64,000 nt of DNA, taken from Acidobacteriota bacterium. Lineage in GTDB: Bacteria; Acidobacteriota; UBA890; WLXD01. This document shows, in pieces, positions 38,663 to 48,773 of the stretch. A program made the position numbers and the translations under genes. The stretch covers positions 1,056,001 to 1,120,000 of the forward strand of contig CBDBHB010000008.1 of the NCBI GenBank assembly GCA_965205505.1. Reading direction: 5' to 3'. Every line of letters starts with the position of its first letter. The stretch's first letter is position 1. The notes under the pieces were generated by a model. It saw only the letters and a program-made list of their open reading frames with translations, ran no database searches and had not been told where the DNA came from.

Positions 38663-39889
38663 ATGATCGCTCTCGGAGATCTTCGTCGATACTTCGTCGG
38701 GACCGCGACCATCGGCGCGTGCCTCGCCTGCGTTTTCCTCGCCGCTGTCGAGAGTGCCGTTGCCGAGAGCGCCGTTGCCGAGACGCGCGGCTACGTGATC
38801 GCGATGGTTCACACGGCGACCTACGCAGACGCCGACACTTGTCCCATGGGCGGCAACGGGGGGCCGGTCGAGCTCCGGACACGACGCCTGATGGGCACCG
38901 GCTACAGCGAGGCGGAGGCCCTCGCGATCGTCGCCAATGAGGGACGGGACGCCGAGGGGAAACGGGTGGAGGCGGCGGAGCTGTTCGGCAGTTTTGCCCT
39001 CGGGCAGGGCTGGGGCGGTCTCGAGGTCAACCCGGGCAACGCCCCGTATCTGCTGCCGGACCCACACATCGAAACGGCGCAGGGCCGGTTCGCGCCTGGC
39101 TTCAATCTCGACGGTCGGGCGGACCCCGATGACTTCGAAGATCCGGAGACCCACGAGAAGGGCGTCGACAACGAGATATGGCGGGTTATCGGCTGCTTCG
39201 ACACGTTCCATGTCAGAAAGCCTGTCCGGGCGTACAACGAGAACATCACCTGGGATGCGGTGCTCGACGGGATGCCGGCGTGGCTGATCTCCGTTTCCGG
39301 CGAGGATCTCAGCCGCGACGGGGATGTGACGGTGACATTCGACCGGGCACTGAACGTCGCTCTGCGCGACGCGACCGGCGGTCTCTTGTCTGGCGCGACC
39401 TACACGATCGATCCCGATCCACGCTCGCACAGCGTGTTCAGGGGACGTATCGACAACCGGGTATTGACCATCGAGCCGGGGGACTTCTCGATGCAGGGAG
39501 AGTCGCAGTTCTACGCGATTCTCCGTCTTACTCACACCCACCTGCGTCTTCAGATGCTGCCCGACGGGAGCGTGACGGGACTCCTCGGGGGCTACCAGCC
39601 CTGGTCTGATTACTATCAGTGGCTGGCCGTTCGCGGAGAAACCGACGGGCAGATCGATCTGCCGGGCGTCTATTACGCCATGAAGCGCCTCGCCGACGGC
39701 GTGCCCGATCCGGCGACCGGTGAGAACACCGCCATCTCGGCCACCTACTGGCTGGAGGCCGTACCGGCGTTCCACACCGAGTTGTCGGGCGGCGTGGTGA
39801 GCGTCGCAGTGGGGCCAGGGCCGAAGCTCAGTGGCCCGGCAGCGATCCAAATCGTGTCGCCGCCGGGCGAGACGGAAGCGCAGCAGTGA
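38663..39889 (+). CDS. Secreted hypothetical protein
   Basis: Signal peptide; GFNLDG...GVDNEIWRVIGC...ISATY; overlaps the next gene. Confidence 0.7.
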   Translation: MIALGDLRRYFVGTATIGACLACVFLAAVESAVAESAVAETRGYVIAMVHTATYADADTCPMGGNGGPVELRTRRLMGTGYSEAEALAIVANEGRDAEGKRVEAAELFGSFALGQGWGGLEVNPGNAPYLLPDPHIETAQGRFAPGFNLDGRADPDDFEDPETHEKGVDNEIWRVIGCFDTFHVRKPVRAYNENITWDAVLDGMPAWLISVSGEDLSRDGDVTVTFDRALNVALRDATGGLLSGATYTIDPDPRSHSVFRGRIDNRVLTIEPGDFSMQGESQFYAILRLTHTHLRLQMLPDGSVTGLLGGYQPWSDYYQWLAVRGETDGQIDLPGVYYAMKRLADGVPDPATGENTAISATYWLEAVPAFHTELSGGVVSVAVGPGPKLSGPAAIQIVSPPGETEAQQ

Positions 39890-41598
39890 CAACCGACTCG
39901 GCGACAGCAGGTCGCGCTGCAACACGTACGGGACGCTGCCCCCCCGCGCCCTGTCGGCGGCGACACCGTCGCCGGCTGTCGATACGGCGGATGTTGCCGC
40001 TCGCCCTGGGGTTTCTACTAGTAGCCCCCGCTGCGTCCCCGGCGCCGAATCCCCCCGGAGACTTGAGCTTCGTTCGTCTGACGGAGTCGCAGTACCGGCG
40101 GGCCATCCACGACATCTTCGGCGACAGCATCCGTGTTGACGACAGCGCCGTCGATCGCGGCGCCCGCGAAGGCGGGCTGCTGGCGATCGGAGCCCGAAAG
40201 CTGACGCTGAGCGCAGCCGAGCTCGAGCGCTCCGAGGCGCTCGCGCAACGAATCGCCGAGCAAGTGATTGATCCGCGACGCCGCGCAACCCTGATTCCCT
40301 GCACACCGAACGACGCGGGTATACCGGACGACGCGTGCGCCACGCGGTTCGTCACCCGGGTGGGGCTGTTTCTGTTCCGCCGTCCGCTCGAGGACGGCGA
40401 GGTTCGCGCGTATGTCGCCATGGCGAATGCCGCGACGCACACCCTCGACGACTTCTATGCCGGCTTGCGTGCGTCACTGGTCGGGATGCTCGTCGCCCCC
40501 GACTTCCTGCTTCGCCTCGAGCGCTCCGAGCCGGACCCCGACCGACCGGGAACGATGCGGTTGGACGCCTATTCGCGGGCCGCGCGGCTCAGCTTCTTTC
40601 TCTGGGACAGCACACCGGACGGTGAGCTGATCGAGGCGGCGCGATCCGGCGAGCTGCTCACGCCGGAGGGATTGAGCCGACAGGTCGAGCGACTGCTCAA
40701 CTCGCCGCGCCTGGAGAATGGCCTGCGCGCGTTCTTCTCGGACATGCTGGGGTTCGACGAGTTCGCAACGTTGACCGTCGACTCGAGCCTTTATCCCAAG
40801 TTCACCAAGAATGTCGAGGACGACGCCCGAGAGCAGACCCTCCGCACGATCGTCGACCAGCTGTTGCACAAGAACCGCGACTACCGAGAGCTGCTCGTTA
40901 CCCGCGAGACTTTCCTGACGCCCTCGCTCGCCGCCATCTACGGTGTGCCGCTGGCGCGATCGCAGGAGATGGGCGGGGCTGTACCGTGGGTTCCCTACCG
41001 CTTTGCGGATGACGACCCGCGAGTCGGCCTGCTGACGCACGTGAGCTTCCTGTCCCTGCACTCCCATCCCGGGACCACGTCGCCGACGCTGCGAGGCCAG
41101 GCGGTGCGCGAGAACCTTCTGTGCCAGATCGTGCCGCCGCCGCCCGGGGACGTCGATTTCAGCTTCGTCCAGGACACCAACAACCCCGACTTCAAGACCG
41201 TGCGCCAGCGCTTGTCGGTGCATCGGGAGAATCCGACGTGCGCCGGCTGCCACAGCCTCACCGATCCGATCGGCCTCACGCTCGAGGTGTTCGACACCTC
41301 CGGCGTCTACCGCACGACCGAGAACGGAGCGCCCATCGACCCGAGCGGCGAGCTCAACGGAAAGCCGTACGAGGAGATCACCGGTCTCGTGGAGATCCTC
41401 CGGCAAGAGCCGGCGGCAACGTCCTGTTTGATCAACCGGGCCTTTTCCTACGGCGCCGCCAGAACACCGACGCGGGATGAGCGCGCCTGGCTCGACGAGC
41501 TGACGTCGGAGCTGCGACGCGACGGCGTGAGGTGGCGCAACCTGATGCGTCGCATCACGCAGCAGCCCGACTTCTACACCCTCGGTACCGACGCCTGA
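39886..41598 (+). CDS. DUF1592/DUF1588-type (PSD/PSCyt) protein
   Basis: RLTESQYRRAIHDIFG, RLSFFLWDSTPD, TSPTLRG, CAGCH, DPIG. Confidence 0.85.
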   Translation: MTTDSATAGRAATRTGRCPPAPCRRRHRRRLSIRRMLPLALGFLLVAPAASPAPNPPGDLSFVRLTESQYRRAIHDIFGDSIRVDDSAVDRGAREGGLLAIGARKLTLSAAELERSEALAQRIAEQVIDPRRRATLIPCTPNDAGIPDDACATRFVTRVGLFLFRRPLEDGEVRAYVAMANAATHTLDDFYAGLRASLVGMLVAPDFLLRLERSEPDPDRPGTMRLDAYSRAARLSFFLWDSTPDGELIEAARSGELLTPEGLSRQVERLLNSPRLENGLRAFFSDMLGFDEFATLTVDSSLYPKFTKNVEDDAREQTLRTIVDQLLHKNRDYRELLVTRETFLTPSLAAIYGVPLARSQEMGGAVPWVPYRFADDDPRVGLLTHVSFLSLHSHPGTTSPTLRGQAVRENLLCQIVPPPPGDVDFSFVQDTNNPDFKTVRQRLSVHRENPTCAGCHSLTDPIGLTLEVFDTSGVYRTTENGAPIDPSGELNGKPYEEITGLVEILRQEPAATSCLINRAFSYGAARTPTRDERAWLDELTSELRRDGVRWRNLMRRITQQPDFYTLGTDA

Positions 41599-41608
41599 GG
41601 AGCGGAAC

Positions 41609-42952
41609 ATGAGCGAATTCGACAAGATCAGCCGGCGTACCGTGCTGCGCGGCGTTCTGGGCGGGACAGGCGCCGTGGCGGTCGGGTTGCCAGTGCTCGA
41701 GTGCTTTCTGAACACGAACGGTACCGCCTACGCCGCCACTGGCTCATCGCTGCCACCCTGCTTCGGGACGTGGTTCTGGAGTCTCGGGCTGTCCCCCGGA
41801 CACTGGGAACCGACGGCCACGGGACCCGACTACGTCCTGCCGGACCACCTCGCCGCCCTGAATCCCATCAAGGAGAAGATGAACCTGTTCAGCGGCATGC
41901 AGGTGTTCCTCGACGGCAAGGCCAATCAGAACCACTATTCCGGCGCCCAGGGGCAAGCCACCGGCATCGTCTCCAAGAACGGCAGCGACTACACCACGAG
42001 CATCGACCACATCATCGGCGAGACGATCGGCAAGGGTACGAGGTTCCGATCGATCGAGATGGCGTGCGACGGCGACAGCCTCGCCGGCTGGAGCGCGCGC
42101 GGCTCCAACGGGATGAACCCCTCCGAGATATCGCCCCTGCAGCTGTACAGCCGTATCTTCGGCGACGGGTTCATTGATCCCAGCGCTGCCGAGTTCAAGC
42201 CCGATCCGGCCGTGATGGTGCGTCGAAGCGTGCTTTCTGCGGTTTCCGACGAGCGCAAGAGCCTGATGGCCACAGTTTCCGCGTCGGACCGGGCACGCCT
42301 CGACGAGTACTTCACGTCGCTGCGCGATCTCGAGCAGAAGCTGGCCTTCGAGCTCGAGCGGCCCGCCGATCTGCCCGCCTGTACGGTTCCGGTGGAAGCC
42401 ACGGACGACATCGGCCCGCTCGTGGGCCAGGTGGGGGAAACGCACCGACAGTTCGCGCAGCTGGCCGCGCACGCGCTGGCGTGCGGCCAGACGCGGGTCT
42501 TCAACCTGACGCTGGGCAACGCGTTTTCCCGGCTCCGCATCCCCGGAGATCCCAGTGGCTACCACTCGCTGACGCACGAGGAGCCGATCGATACCGACCA
42601 GGGGTATCAGCCCAAGTGCAAGTGGCTCGCGGAGCAGTGCATGGGCTTCTTTGCGGAGCTGGTGCAGACCTTGGACTCGATCCAGGAAGGAGACGGCACG
42701 CTGCTGGACCGAACCGTGGTCTTCGCGTTCACCGACCACGGCGAGGCGCGGATGCACTCGATGAAGCGTTACCCGATTCTGACCGCTGGCAGCGGCGGCG
42801 GCAGGATGAAGACGGGCCTCCACATGGCAGCCGAGGGCGACGCGGCCACCCGCGTCGGCTTGACCCTCCAGAAGGCGTTCGGTGTGGTGAGTGGGGCCTG
42901 GGGGACCGAGTCCAACGAGGTATCGAGCCCCTTCAGCGAGGTGCTGGCATGA
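41609..42952 (+). CDS. DUF1552 domain protein
   Basis: ISRRTVLRG, DRARLDEYFTSLRDLE, ALACGQTRV, YHSLTH, EGDGTLLD. Confidence 0.85.
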   Translation: MSEFDKISRRTVLRGVLGGTGAVAVGLPVLECFLNTNGTAYAATGSSLPPCFGTWFWSLGLSPGHWEPTATGPDYVLPDHLAALNPIKEKMNLFSGMQVFLDGKANQNHYSGAQGQATGIVSKNGSDYTTSIDHIIGETIGKGTRFRSIEMACDGDSLAGWSARGSNGMNPSEISPLQLYSRIFGDGFIDPSAAEFKPDPAVMVRRSVLSAVSDERKSLMATVSASDRARLDEYFTSLRDLEQKLAFELERPADLPACTVPVEATDDIGPLVGQVGETHRQFAQLAAHALACGQTRVFNLTLGNAFSRLRIPGDPSGYHSLTHEEPIDTDQGYQPKCKWLAEQCMGFFAELVQTLDSIQEGDGTLLDRTVVFAFTDHGEARMHSMKRYPILTAGSGGGRMKTGLHMAAEGDAATRVGLTLQKAFGVVSGAWGTESNEVSSPFSEVLA

Positions 42953-44337
42953 GGCAGGGAGGTGCCAGGATGCGGAGTCGTTTGTCCCGCTCGGGCCGCT
43001 CCGCGGCCGTGCCGCTGGTCGCGGCTGCCGTTGTCGCCTCGCTTGCTGTCGGGCCGCCAAAGTCGCCACCGAGCGGCGACATCGTGGCGCCGCCGACCGT
43101 GCCGCCGGGCGTCACGCTCGTGGAGGTGATGCGCGAGCTGATGGCATCGTCGGATCAGGTGTTGTGGACGCGGCTCGGTGCCGCCGACGGGTGGACCCTG
43201 CTGTTCAGCGACGCTGATCCGCCGGGTGTTGCCACCTGTGTGGATGACTGTGCCCGGCAGTTCCCGCCGCTTCTGGCGCCTGACGGAGCGGAGTCTCACG
43301 GGGACTGGTCGCTGGTGCGCCGGCCCGACGACGGCACGCAATGGGCGTATCAGTCGCGCCCGCTCTACACGTGGTCGGAGGAACAGGAGCCGGGGGAGGT
43401 CGCCACCAACGTCGGGTTGGCCGAGACGACGGGGTCAAAGGTGGCCGAATACCTGGTTCCGGCCGGCTCGCTGATGCCCCCCGAGGGGTGGCACGTAGCT
43501 CGGTTCGACCCGGGCGCGTCGATCTCCGTACCTGATGGTATCGAGGTGAGGTTGGTTGCCTCAGCCCAGGCAGTCGTTCTGACCGATTTCGATGGCCGTA
43601 CGCTCTATGCCTTCGACGGCGATGCCGCCGACGATGGTCAAACGTGCACCGATCATGGCTGCGACATTCAGTGGCTTCCCGTGGCCGCGGCCCAGCTCGC
43701 CATGGCTTTCGGCGAGTTCTCCGTGGTGACCCGTGGCGATGGGTCTCGGCAGTGGGCCTACAGGCATCAGCCTTTGTATCGGTACGCCGGCGACCCGCTT
43801 CCGGGAGATGTCCATGGAGACAACGCCGATCCCCGGTGGCAAGTCACCGTGTTGACGCGGAACTTCCGGCCGCCGCAGGTGGCGGTCACCTCGCTGGCGG
43901 GCTACGGCGACGTTCTCTCGATCAACGGCATGACCCTCTACATGGGCACGGCTTTCGAGAAGTACTGGGGGGGACGAAGCATGCGCGACAGCTTCAAGGT
44001 CCTTTACTCCAGGGGGAAGCTATTAGGCGGCGGTGCCTGTGTGGGTGACGAATGCCTCGAGACCTGGCGTCCGGTCGCTGCCGCTGCGGACGCTGAATCG
44101 AACGGGTTCTGGGAGGTGATCACGCGTCGTGACGGAACCCGACAGTGGGCGTACAGGGGCTTCGCCCTCTACACTTTCGCCGGTGATGAGGCTCCCGGGC
44201 AGCACCGGGGGCAGGCCACATATACCTTCGTCAAGCTGGACGGGTCGCCCGAAAACCTCGAGCGAGCCACCTGGTTGGCCCATATCGGCAGCATGTCGGG
44301 CGGAGCGGGAGTGTACTGGAACATTGCCAAGCCGTGA
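42949..44337 (+). CDS. Protein with several COG4315/Lipoprotein_15-like repeats
   Basis: Three C..C...(W/F)xP...RxDGxxQWAY..LY units. Confidence 0.75.
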   Translation: MRQGGARMRSRLSRSGRSAAVPLVAAAVVASLAVGPPKSPPSGDIVAPPTVPPGVTLVEVMRELMASSDQVLWTRLGAADGWTLLFSDADPPGVATCVDDCARQFPPLLAPDGAESHGDWSLVRRPDDGTQWAYQSRPLYTWSEEQEPGEVATNVGLAETTGSKVAEYLVPAGSLMPPEGWHVARFDPGASISVPDGIEVRLVASAQAVVLTDFDGRTLYAFDGDAADDGQTCTDHGCDIQWLPVAAAQLAMAFGEFSVVTRGDGSRQWAYRHQPLYRYAGDPLPGDVHGDNADPRWQVTVLTRNFRPPQVAVTSLAGYGDVLSINGMTLYMGTAFEKYWGGRSMRDSFKVLYSRGKLLGGGACVGDECLETWRPVAAAADAESNGFWEVITRRDGTRQWAYRGFALYTFAGDEAPGQHRGQATYTFVKLDGSPENLERATWLAHIGSMSGGAGVYWNIAKP

Positions 44338-44362
44338 TCTGAAAACGAATCAAGGAGGTAGC

Positions 44363-44728
44363 ATGCGGCGCGTCCTGGTCGTCTTGATAGCTGTTGTCCT
44401 CGTGAACACGGTACCGGCTCTCGCCAGCGAGGTTACCGTCACCGGTGAGCTCGTCGACCACGTGTGCTTCTCCAGGAGCGGCGCAGACGGCGGTGCGGGC
44501 CCCGACCACGCCGCCTGCGCGCAATCGTGCGCAAGCAACGGGCAGCCCGTGGCGCTCGTGACCGACAGCGGCGATGTCTACAGGCTGGCGGGCACCGTCA
44601 CCGACAACAACAACGCCGCCCTGGTGCCGCACATGAGCCACACGGTCGAGGTGACCGGCGAGTTGGGCGAGGTGGACGGGATTCCGACCATCACGGCCGA
44701 TGCCGTCACGCACGTCTCCGCTGGCTGA
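44363..44728 (+). CDS. Small secreted protein with a DxxC...HxxCAxxC motif
   Basis: AGGAGG RBS; signal peptide; VTGELVDHVC...HAACAQSCASNG. Confidence 0.75.
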   Translation: MRRVLVVLIAVVLVNTVPALASEVTVTGELVDHVCFSRSGADGGAGPDHAACAQSCASNGQPVALVTDSGDVYRLAGTVTDNNNAALVPHMSHTVEVTGELGEVDGIPTITADAVTHVSAG

Positions 44729-44732
44729 GCGC

Positions 44733-45179
44733 ATGCAAGTGAGGACGTTCGCGATCGCGGCGGTGCTGACCCTTGCAGTGGCCGCGCCGGTGTCGGCGCA
44801 GATCATGGAGATGAACGGGACCTGGGAGATGATTCCCGACAAGTGCCTCGGCTCCTGGCCCGACCAGGAGACGCTGGTGTTCAAGAGCGTCGAAGGCATC
44901 CAACGCTACACTGCAACGTGGATCGACAACGGCGAGAGCGGAGGCCGCGAGTACGAGATTCAGTACGACGGGCACGACCACGCGGCCAGCAGCGTCCTGG
45001 CCGACACCGTCTCGGTCCGTCGTCTCGGCGAAAAGTCGGAGTTCGTGATGAACAAGCGCGACGGGCAGATCGCCGAGACCTACACGCGCGTGCTGGTCGA
45101 CGACGACCGCACCCTGATCTCGGTCGGTCGCAGTGCGACCGGGGAAGTTCGTTGGGTGCGGGTCTTCGAGAAACAGTGA
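44733..45179 (+). CDS. Small secreted beta-barrel (lipocalin-like) protein
   Basis: Signal peptide; NGTWEM...YDG...DDRTL...VRVFEKQ. Confidence 0.65.
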   Translation: MQVRTFAIAAVLTLAVAAPVSAQIMEMNGTWEMIPDKCLGSWPDQETLVFKSVEGIQRYTATWIDNGESGGREYEIQYDGHDHAASSVLADTVSVRRLGEKSEFVMNKRDGQIAETYTRVLVDDDRTLISVGRSATGEVRWVRVFEKQ

Positions 45180-45410
45180 GTCGGTCGGTCGCCGCATCGA
45201 GATGACGAGACGGTTGGACCGGACCGACCCCGCAATCGGAGTCCAGCACACGGGCCCCACGGGATTCGACCCGTGCCGACGGGGATCGGCGTACGCCCGG
45301 GCACGTACGTTGCTGGGACCCAAGTAGAAAGTGAGTGGGCGGCGCTGATGTCAGCAGCCGCCCCATCCCGCCAAGCTGGCCGGATCCCCTTTGTTCATGG
45401 GCCTTACCTA

Positions 45411-45465
45411 GGTAGCGGGGGCAGGATTTGAACCTGCGACCTTCGGGTTATGAGCCCGACGAGCT
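45411..45465 (-). other. 3' fragment of tRNA-fMet(CAT), att-like
   Basis: Reverse complement AGCTCGTCGGGCTCATAACCCGAAGGTCGCAGGTTCAAATCCTGCCCCCGCTACC; 5' CGCGGGG acceptor strand absent. Confidence 0.8.
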
Positions 45466-45616
45466 TGCCGGAACTCACTCGGAGGCCATCTTGGCTGGCC
45501 ACGCCCCATTCCCGAAGCACCACTTTTTTCGACTCGGACTTCGATATGGTCTTAGGGTATTTCGCAACGTTGCCACTGTGACCAGCACTCTCATGGGCGA
45601 ATGGAGTCTGAGCTCG

Positions 45617-46618
45617 ATGATCACCACCACACAAACCCACGTCTGCCTGATTCTGATCCTTGGTCTGGGGATCTTCGGTTGTGCGCGAACCACCGCCCGG
45701 GTGAGCCTCGACCCGATCGACGCCGAGACGCCTCGCAACCTGACCCGCCACCGCGCCGAGGACCGTACACCCACCTGGTCGACGCTGGGGCAGATGCTGC
45801 TCTTCGAGTCGGACCGCGCCGGCAATCGCGACATCTGGTCGATGGTTCCGGACGGCTCCTCCGCCCTGGCAATGACCGATAACGCCGGCGACGACATGTA
45901 CCCGGCCTGGTCGCCCGGCGGTGGGCGGTTCGTGTTCCAGAGCGCGCGGGGCGGTGTTGCCGGTCTATGGGTCATGGAGATCGGCACGCAGCGGGTGACG
46001 CTGTTGCTCGAGGACGACAGCCCGGAGCTGACACCCGACTGGTCGCCGGATCTGCGGTGGATCGCCTTCACGTCGGAGCGCTCCGGCAACCCCGACCTTT
46101 GGGTGGTCGCGGCTCCGCCGCCGGGGTCGAGCACCGGCTCCGCGCCGCCGCCGCGACAGCTCACCGATAACTCCTACCGCGATGTTTGGCCGCGCTGGTC
46201 GCCCGACGGCGCCTCCATCCTCTTCTTCTCGCGTCGCGACACCGCCGGGGAGCGCGACGAGCTCTACCTCATGCGCTGGAGCGACGGGTCGGTGCGGCGA
46301 TTGACGGTCAACCCGTCACACCACGACTTCGGGCCCTCCTGGTCACCGGACGGAGAGCACATCGTCGCCGCCGTGTCGGACTCCGTAAGCGACCGCGCCC
46401 TGGTGATCTACGACCTCGGTGGCAACCCCGTGCACCGATTCGCCGAAGGCTATCACCGAGTGTTCCAGCCGGTCTGGTCACCCGATGGCCACTCGATCGC
46501 CTACGCCGGGCGAGTGCGAGATGGGGTGGGCGCGGAGATCTTTGTCACGATGGTTCCTGAGCTGTCGATCGCCGCTCACGGGGAGATACAAAGCCCTGAT
46601 GCGGAGCTACCCCGGTAA
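45617..46618 (+). CDS. TolB-like PD40 repeat lipoprotein
   Basis: IFGC lipobox; repeated PxWSPDG. Confidence 0.8.
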   Translation: MITTTQTHVCLILILGLGIFGCARTTARVSLDPIDAETPRNLTRHRAEDRTPTWSTLGQMLLFESDRAGNRDIWSMVPDGSSALAMTDNAGDDMYPAWSPGGGRFVFQSARGGVAGLWVMEIGTQRVTLLLEDDSPELTPDWSPDLRWIAFTSERSGNPDLWVVAAPPPGSSTGSAPPPRQLTDNSYRDVWPRWSPDGASILFFSRRDTAGERDELYLMRWSDGSVRRLTVNPSHHDFGPSWSPDGEHIVAAVSDSVSDRALVIYDLGGNPVHRFAEGYHRVFQPVWSPDGHSIAYAGRVRDGVGAEIFVTMVPELSIAAHGEIQSPDAELPR

Positions 46619-46704
46619 GAAAACGGGGCATTGCAACCGGCGGGAGCCACACAACCGGCGGGAACCTCTCGGGAATGATCATCGGTTCTGTTTCGTGCGA
46701 TGCT

Positions 46705-46768
46705 GACCGAAAAATATTTCTGTCGGTCTTGACATCTGCCGATCTACCGACAAGAATACTTTTCGGTA
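46705..46768 (+). promoter_or_regulatory. Sigma70-like promoter flanked by two palindromic operators
   Basis: TTGACA at 46729, AAGAAT 17 bp later; ACCGA-N12-TCGGT twice. Confidence 0.65.
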
Positions 46769-46833
46769 TCTACTCGCGCCCTTTTTCACCTACCCGAGGG
46801 CACCAGCCAAGCCCTCCAGTGAGGAACCCGCCG

Positions 46834-47682
46834 ATGACAGAGCAAGTCAACGCCCGCCGCTTCGAGGTCGCATTGGAGGTCGCAGCTTCACGCGAAGATG
46901 TCTGGCACTCCATCGCCACCGGCGACGGGCTGGCCAACTGGTTCCCGGCCAGCGCTGAAGTCGTGCCCGGCGTCGGTGGCCGCATCGTGTGGGACTGGGG
47001 CGACGCCTACCGATGGCCCTTGACCATCGACGCCTGGGAGACGGGCGAGCGGCTCATGGCGCGCTACGAATCGCGTGTCGAGGACGAGGACGGCGGCAAG
47101 GTGCCGCTGTTCGTCGAGTTCCTCCTCGAAGGTGAGGGTGGCCATACCCGGTTGCGACTGGTCCACTCCGGATTCGGCCCCGGCACCAACTTCGACGAGG
47201 AATACGACGGTATCAGCCAAGGGTGGCCGGTCGAGCTACAGAGCCTGAAGGTGTACCTGGAGCATCACCGAGGTACCCATCGACAGCTCGCCTGGGCCCG
47301 GACGTCGACACCATTGGCACCCGACGCCGCCATGCACCGTCTGCTTGGCGACGACGGAATCCGACTTCGTCCGGCAATCAACGAGCTGGAGCAAGGCGCG
47401 CCCTTTGTGGCACAGCTCGGGCCCGACGCGCCGCTGGAATGCACCGTCGCGAGCTCGCCAACCGCCATCGGTCTCTGCGGCACGTCCCGCGCACTCGACC
47501 ACGCCTTCTTCCATGCGCACACCTACCATCATCCTCAGCAAGACACCACCCACGTCTGGCTCTGGCTAGCTCAGTACAACGCCCCGGCGGAGCGCGTCGG
47601 GCGCTATCAGACAGCGATGGACGCGACACTCCGTAGGGCGTTCGCCTCCTCGACATCGATGACGACCGGAGCCGTGGCGTGA
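46834..47682 (+). CDS. SRPBCC (AHSA1-like) domain protein
   Basis: EVAASREDVW...GLANWF...TRLRLVHSGF...GW. Confidence 0.8.
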   Translation: MTEQVNARRFEVALEVAASREDVWHSIATGDGLANWFPASAEVVPGVGGRIVWDWGDAYRWPLTIDAWETGERLMARYESRVEDEDGGKVPLFVEFLLEGEGGHTRLRLVHSGFGPGTNFDEEYDGISQGWPVELQSLKVYLEHHRGTHRQLAWARTSTPLAPDAAMHRLLGDDGIRLRPAINELEQGAPFVAQLGPDAPLECTVASSPTAIGLCGTSRALDHAFFHAHTYHHPQQDTTHVWLWLAQYNAPAERVGRYQTAMDATLRRAFASSTSMTTGAVA

Positions 47683-48317
47683 CGGAGGCCTTGTCGGCTG
47701 GTGATCGCATCGATGTGATCGGCGAGACGAAACGTGCCCAGGTGCTCTTGCACCCCATCCGGTTGGCGATTCTGGAGGCGCTCGAGGCGCCCGGCTCCGC
47801 CAGCAAGCTAGCGGGGCGTCTCGACGCTTCTCGTCAACGGCTCAACTATCACCTACGCGAGCTCGAGGCGGCTGGACTGGTGCGTCTGACCGAGGAACGG
47901 CGGCGCGGCAGCGTCTGCGAGCGTATCTATCGCCGCGCCGGCGACACCTACGCGATCTCGGCCGCAGCCCTCGGCAACCTGGGTACCAGTCCGGAGCGGG
48001 TCGCAGATCATCGGTCATCGGCCTACCAGATCGCCGTGGCCAGTCAGGCGATCGCCGACATCGCGAAGCTGCTAGAGGGTGCCGAAGTCGCCGGTAAGCG
48101 CCTCCCTACCCTAACGCTAGATGGCGAGGTTGCCTTCGCGTCCCCAGAGTCACGCCAGAGGTTTGCCGAAGAGCTCACCGAGACGGTCGCCGAACTCGTG
48201 CGGAAGTACCATGCCGAGGGGCCCGAGGATCGTGTCTACAAGCTATACGTCGGCGCGTACCCGAAGCCCAAGCCGACACCGGAGACCAAGGCCGCCCCGA
48301 ACTGCGATAGCCCTTGA
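47679..48317 (+). CDS. ArsR-like winged-helix transcriptional regulator
   Basis: LLHPIRLAILEAL...SRQRLNYHLRELEAAGLV. Confidence 0.85.
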   Translation: MTEALSAGDRIDVIGETKRAQVLLHPIRLAILEALEAPGSASKLAGRLDASRQRLNYHLRELEAAGLVRLTEERRRGSVCERIYRRAGDTYAISAAALGNLGTSPERVADHRSSAYQIAVASQAIADIAKLLEGAEVAGKRLPTLTLDGEVAFASPESRQRFAEELTETVAELVRKYHAEGPEDRVYKLYVGAYPKPKPTPETKAAPNCDSP

Positions 48318-48349
48318 CCAACGCTACCCACCAAACCGAGAACACGAAC

Positions 48350-48773
48350 ATGGCTGACATCTTTCATGACTTCAGGATCCAGGCATCGCCCGAGCGTGTT
48401 TTCGAGGCCATCAGCACCCCGGCCGGACTCGATCAGTGGTGGACGAAAACCTTCGCCGGCGAGGCCCGCCTGGGCGCCGAGTACGAGCTCGGTTTCGGGC
48501 CAGGATACGGCTGGCGCGCCAAGGTAACCCGCTGTGAGCCCGGCTCCGAGCTCGAGCTCGAGATGGTCGACGCGCATGGAAGACTGGCTCGGCACGCGTG
48601 TCGGTTTCGCGCTCACCGCCGAAGGCGATGCCACCACCGTGCGCTTCCACCACACGGGATGGCCGCAAGCGAATGCCCACTATCGGCACTCCAGCTACTG
48701 CTGGGCCATGTACGTACGGATCATGGGGCGTGTCCTCGAGCACGGCGAGAGCGTTCCCTACGAGGAGCGTTAG
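48350..48773 (+). pseudogene. SRPBCC domain protein, frameshifted near 48575
   Basis: MADIFHDF...GLDQWWT continues in another frame as EDWLGTRVGF...SSYCWAMY. Confidence 0.75.

Noticed and set aside
38408-43069. Long antisense ORFs (38408-40306, 40474-41715, 41744-43069) and similar ones across the window
   Set aside because: They are shadows of real genes in GC-rich DNA and show no family motifs.
31999-45465. Calling the Leu, Thr and fMet sequences functional tRNA genes
   Set aside because: The 5' acceptor strands (and most of the D arms) are missing.
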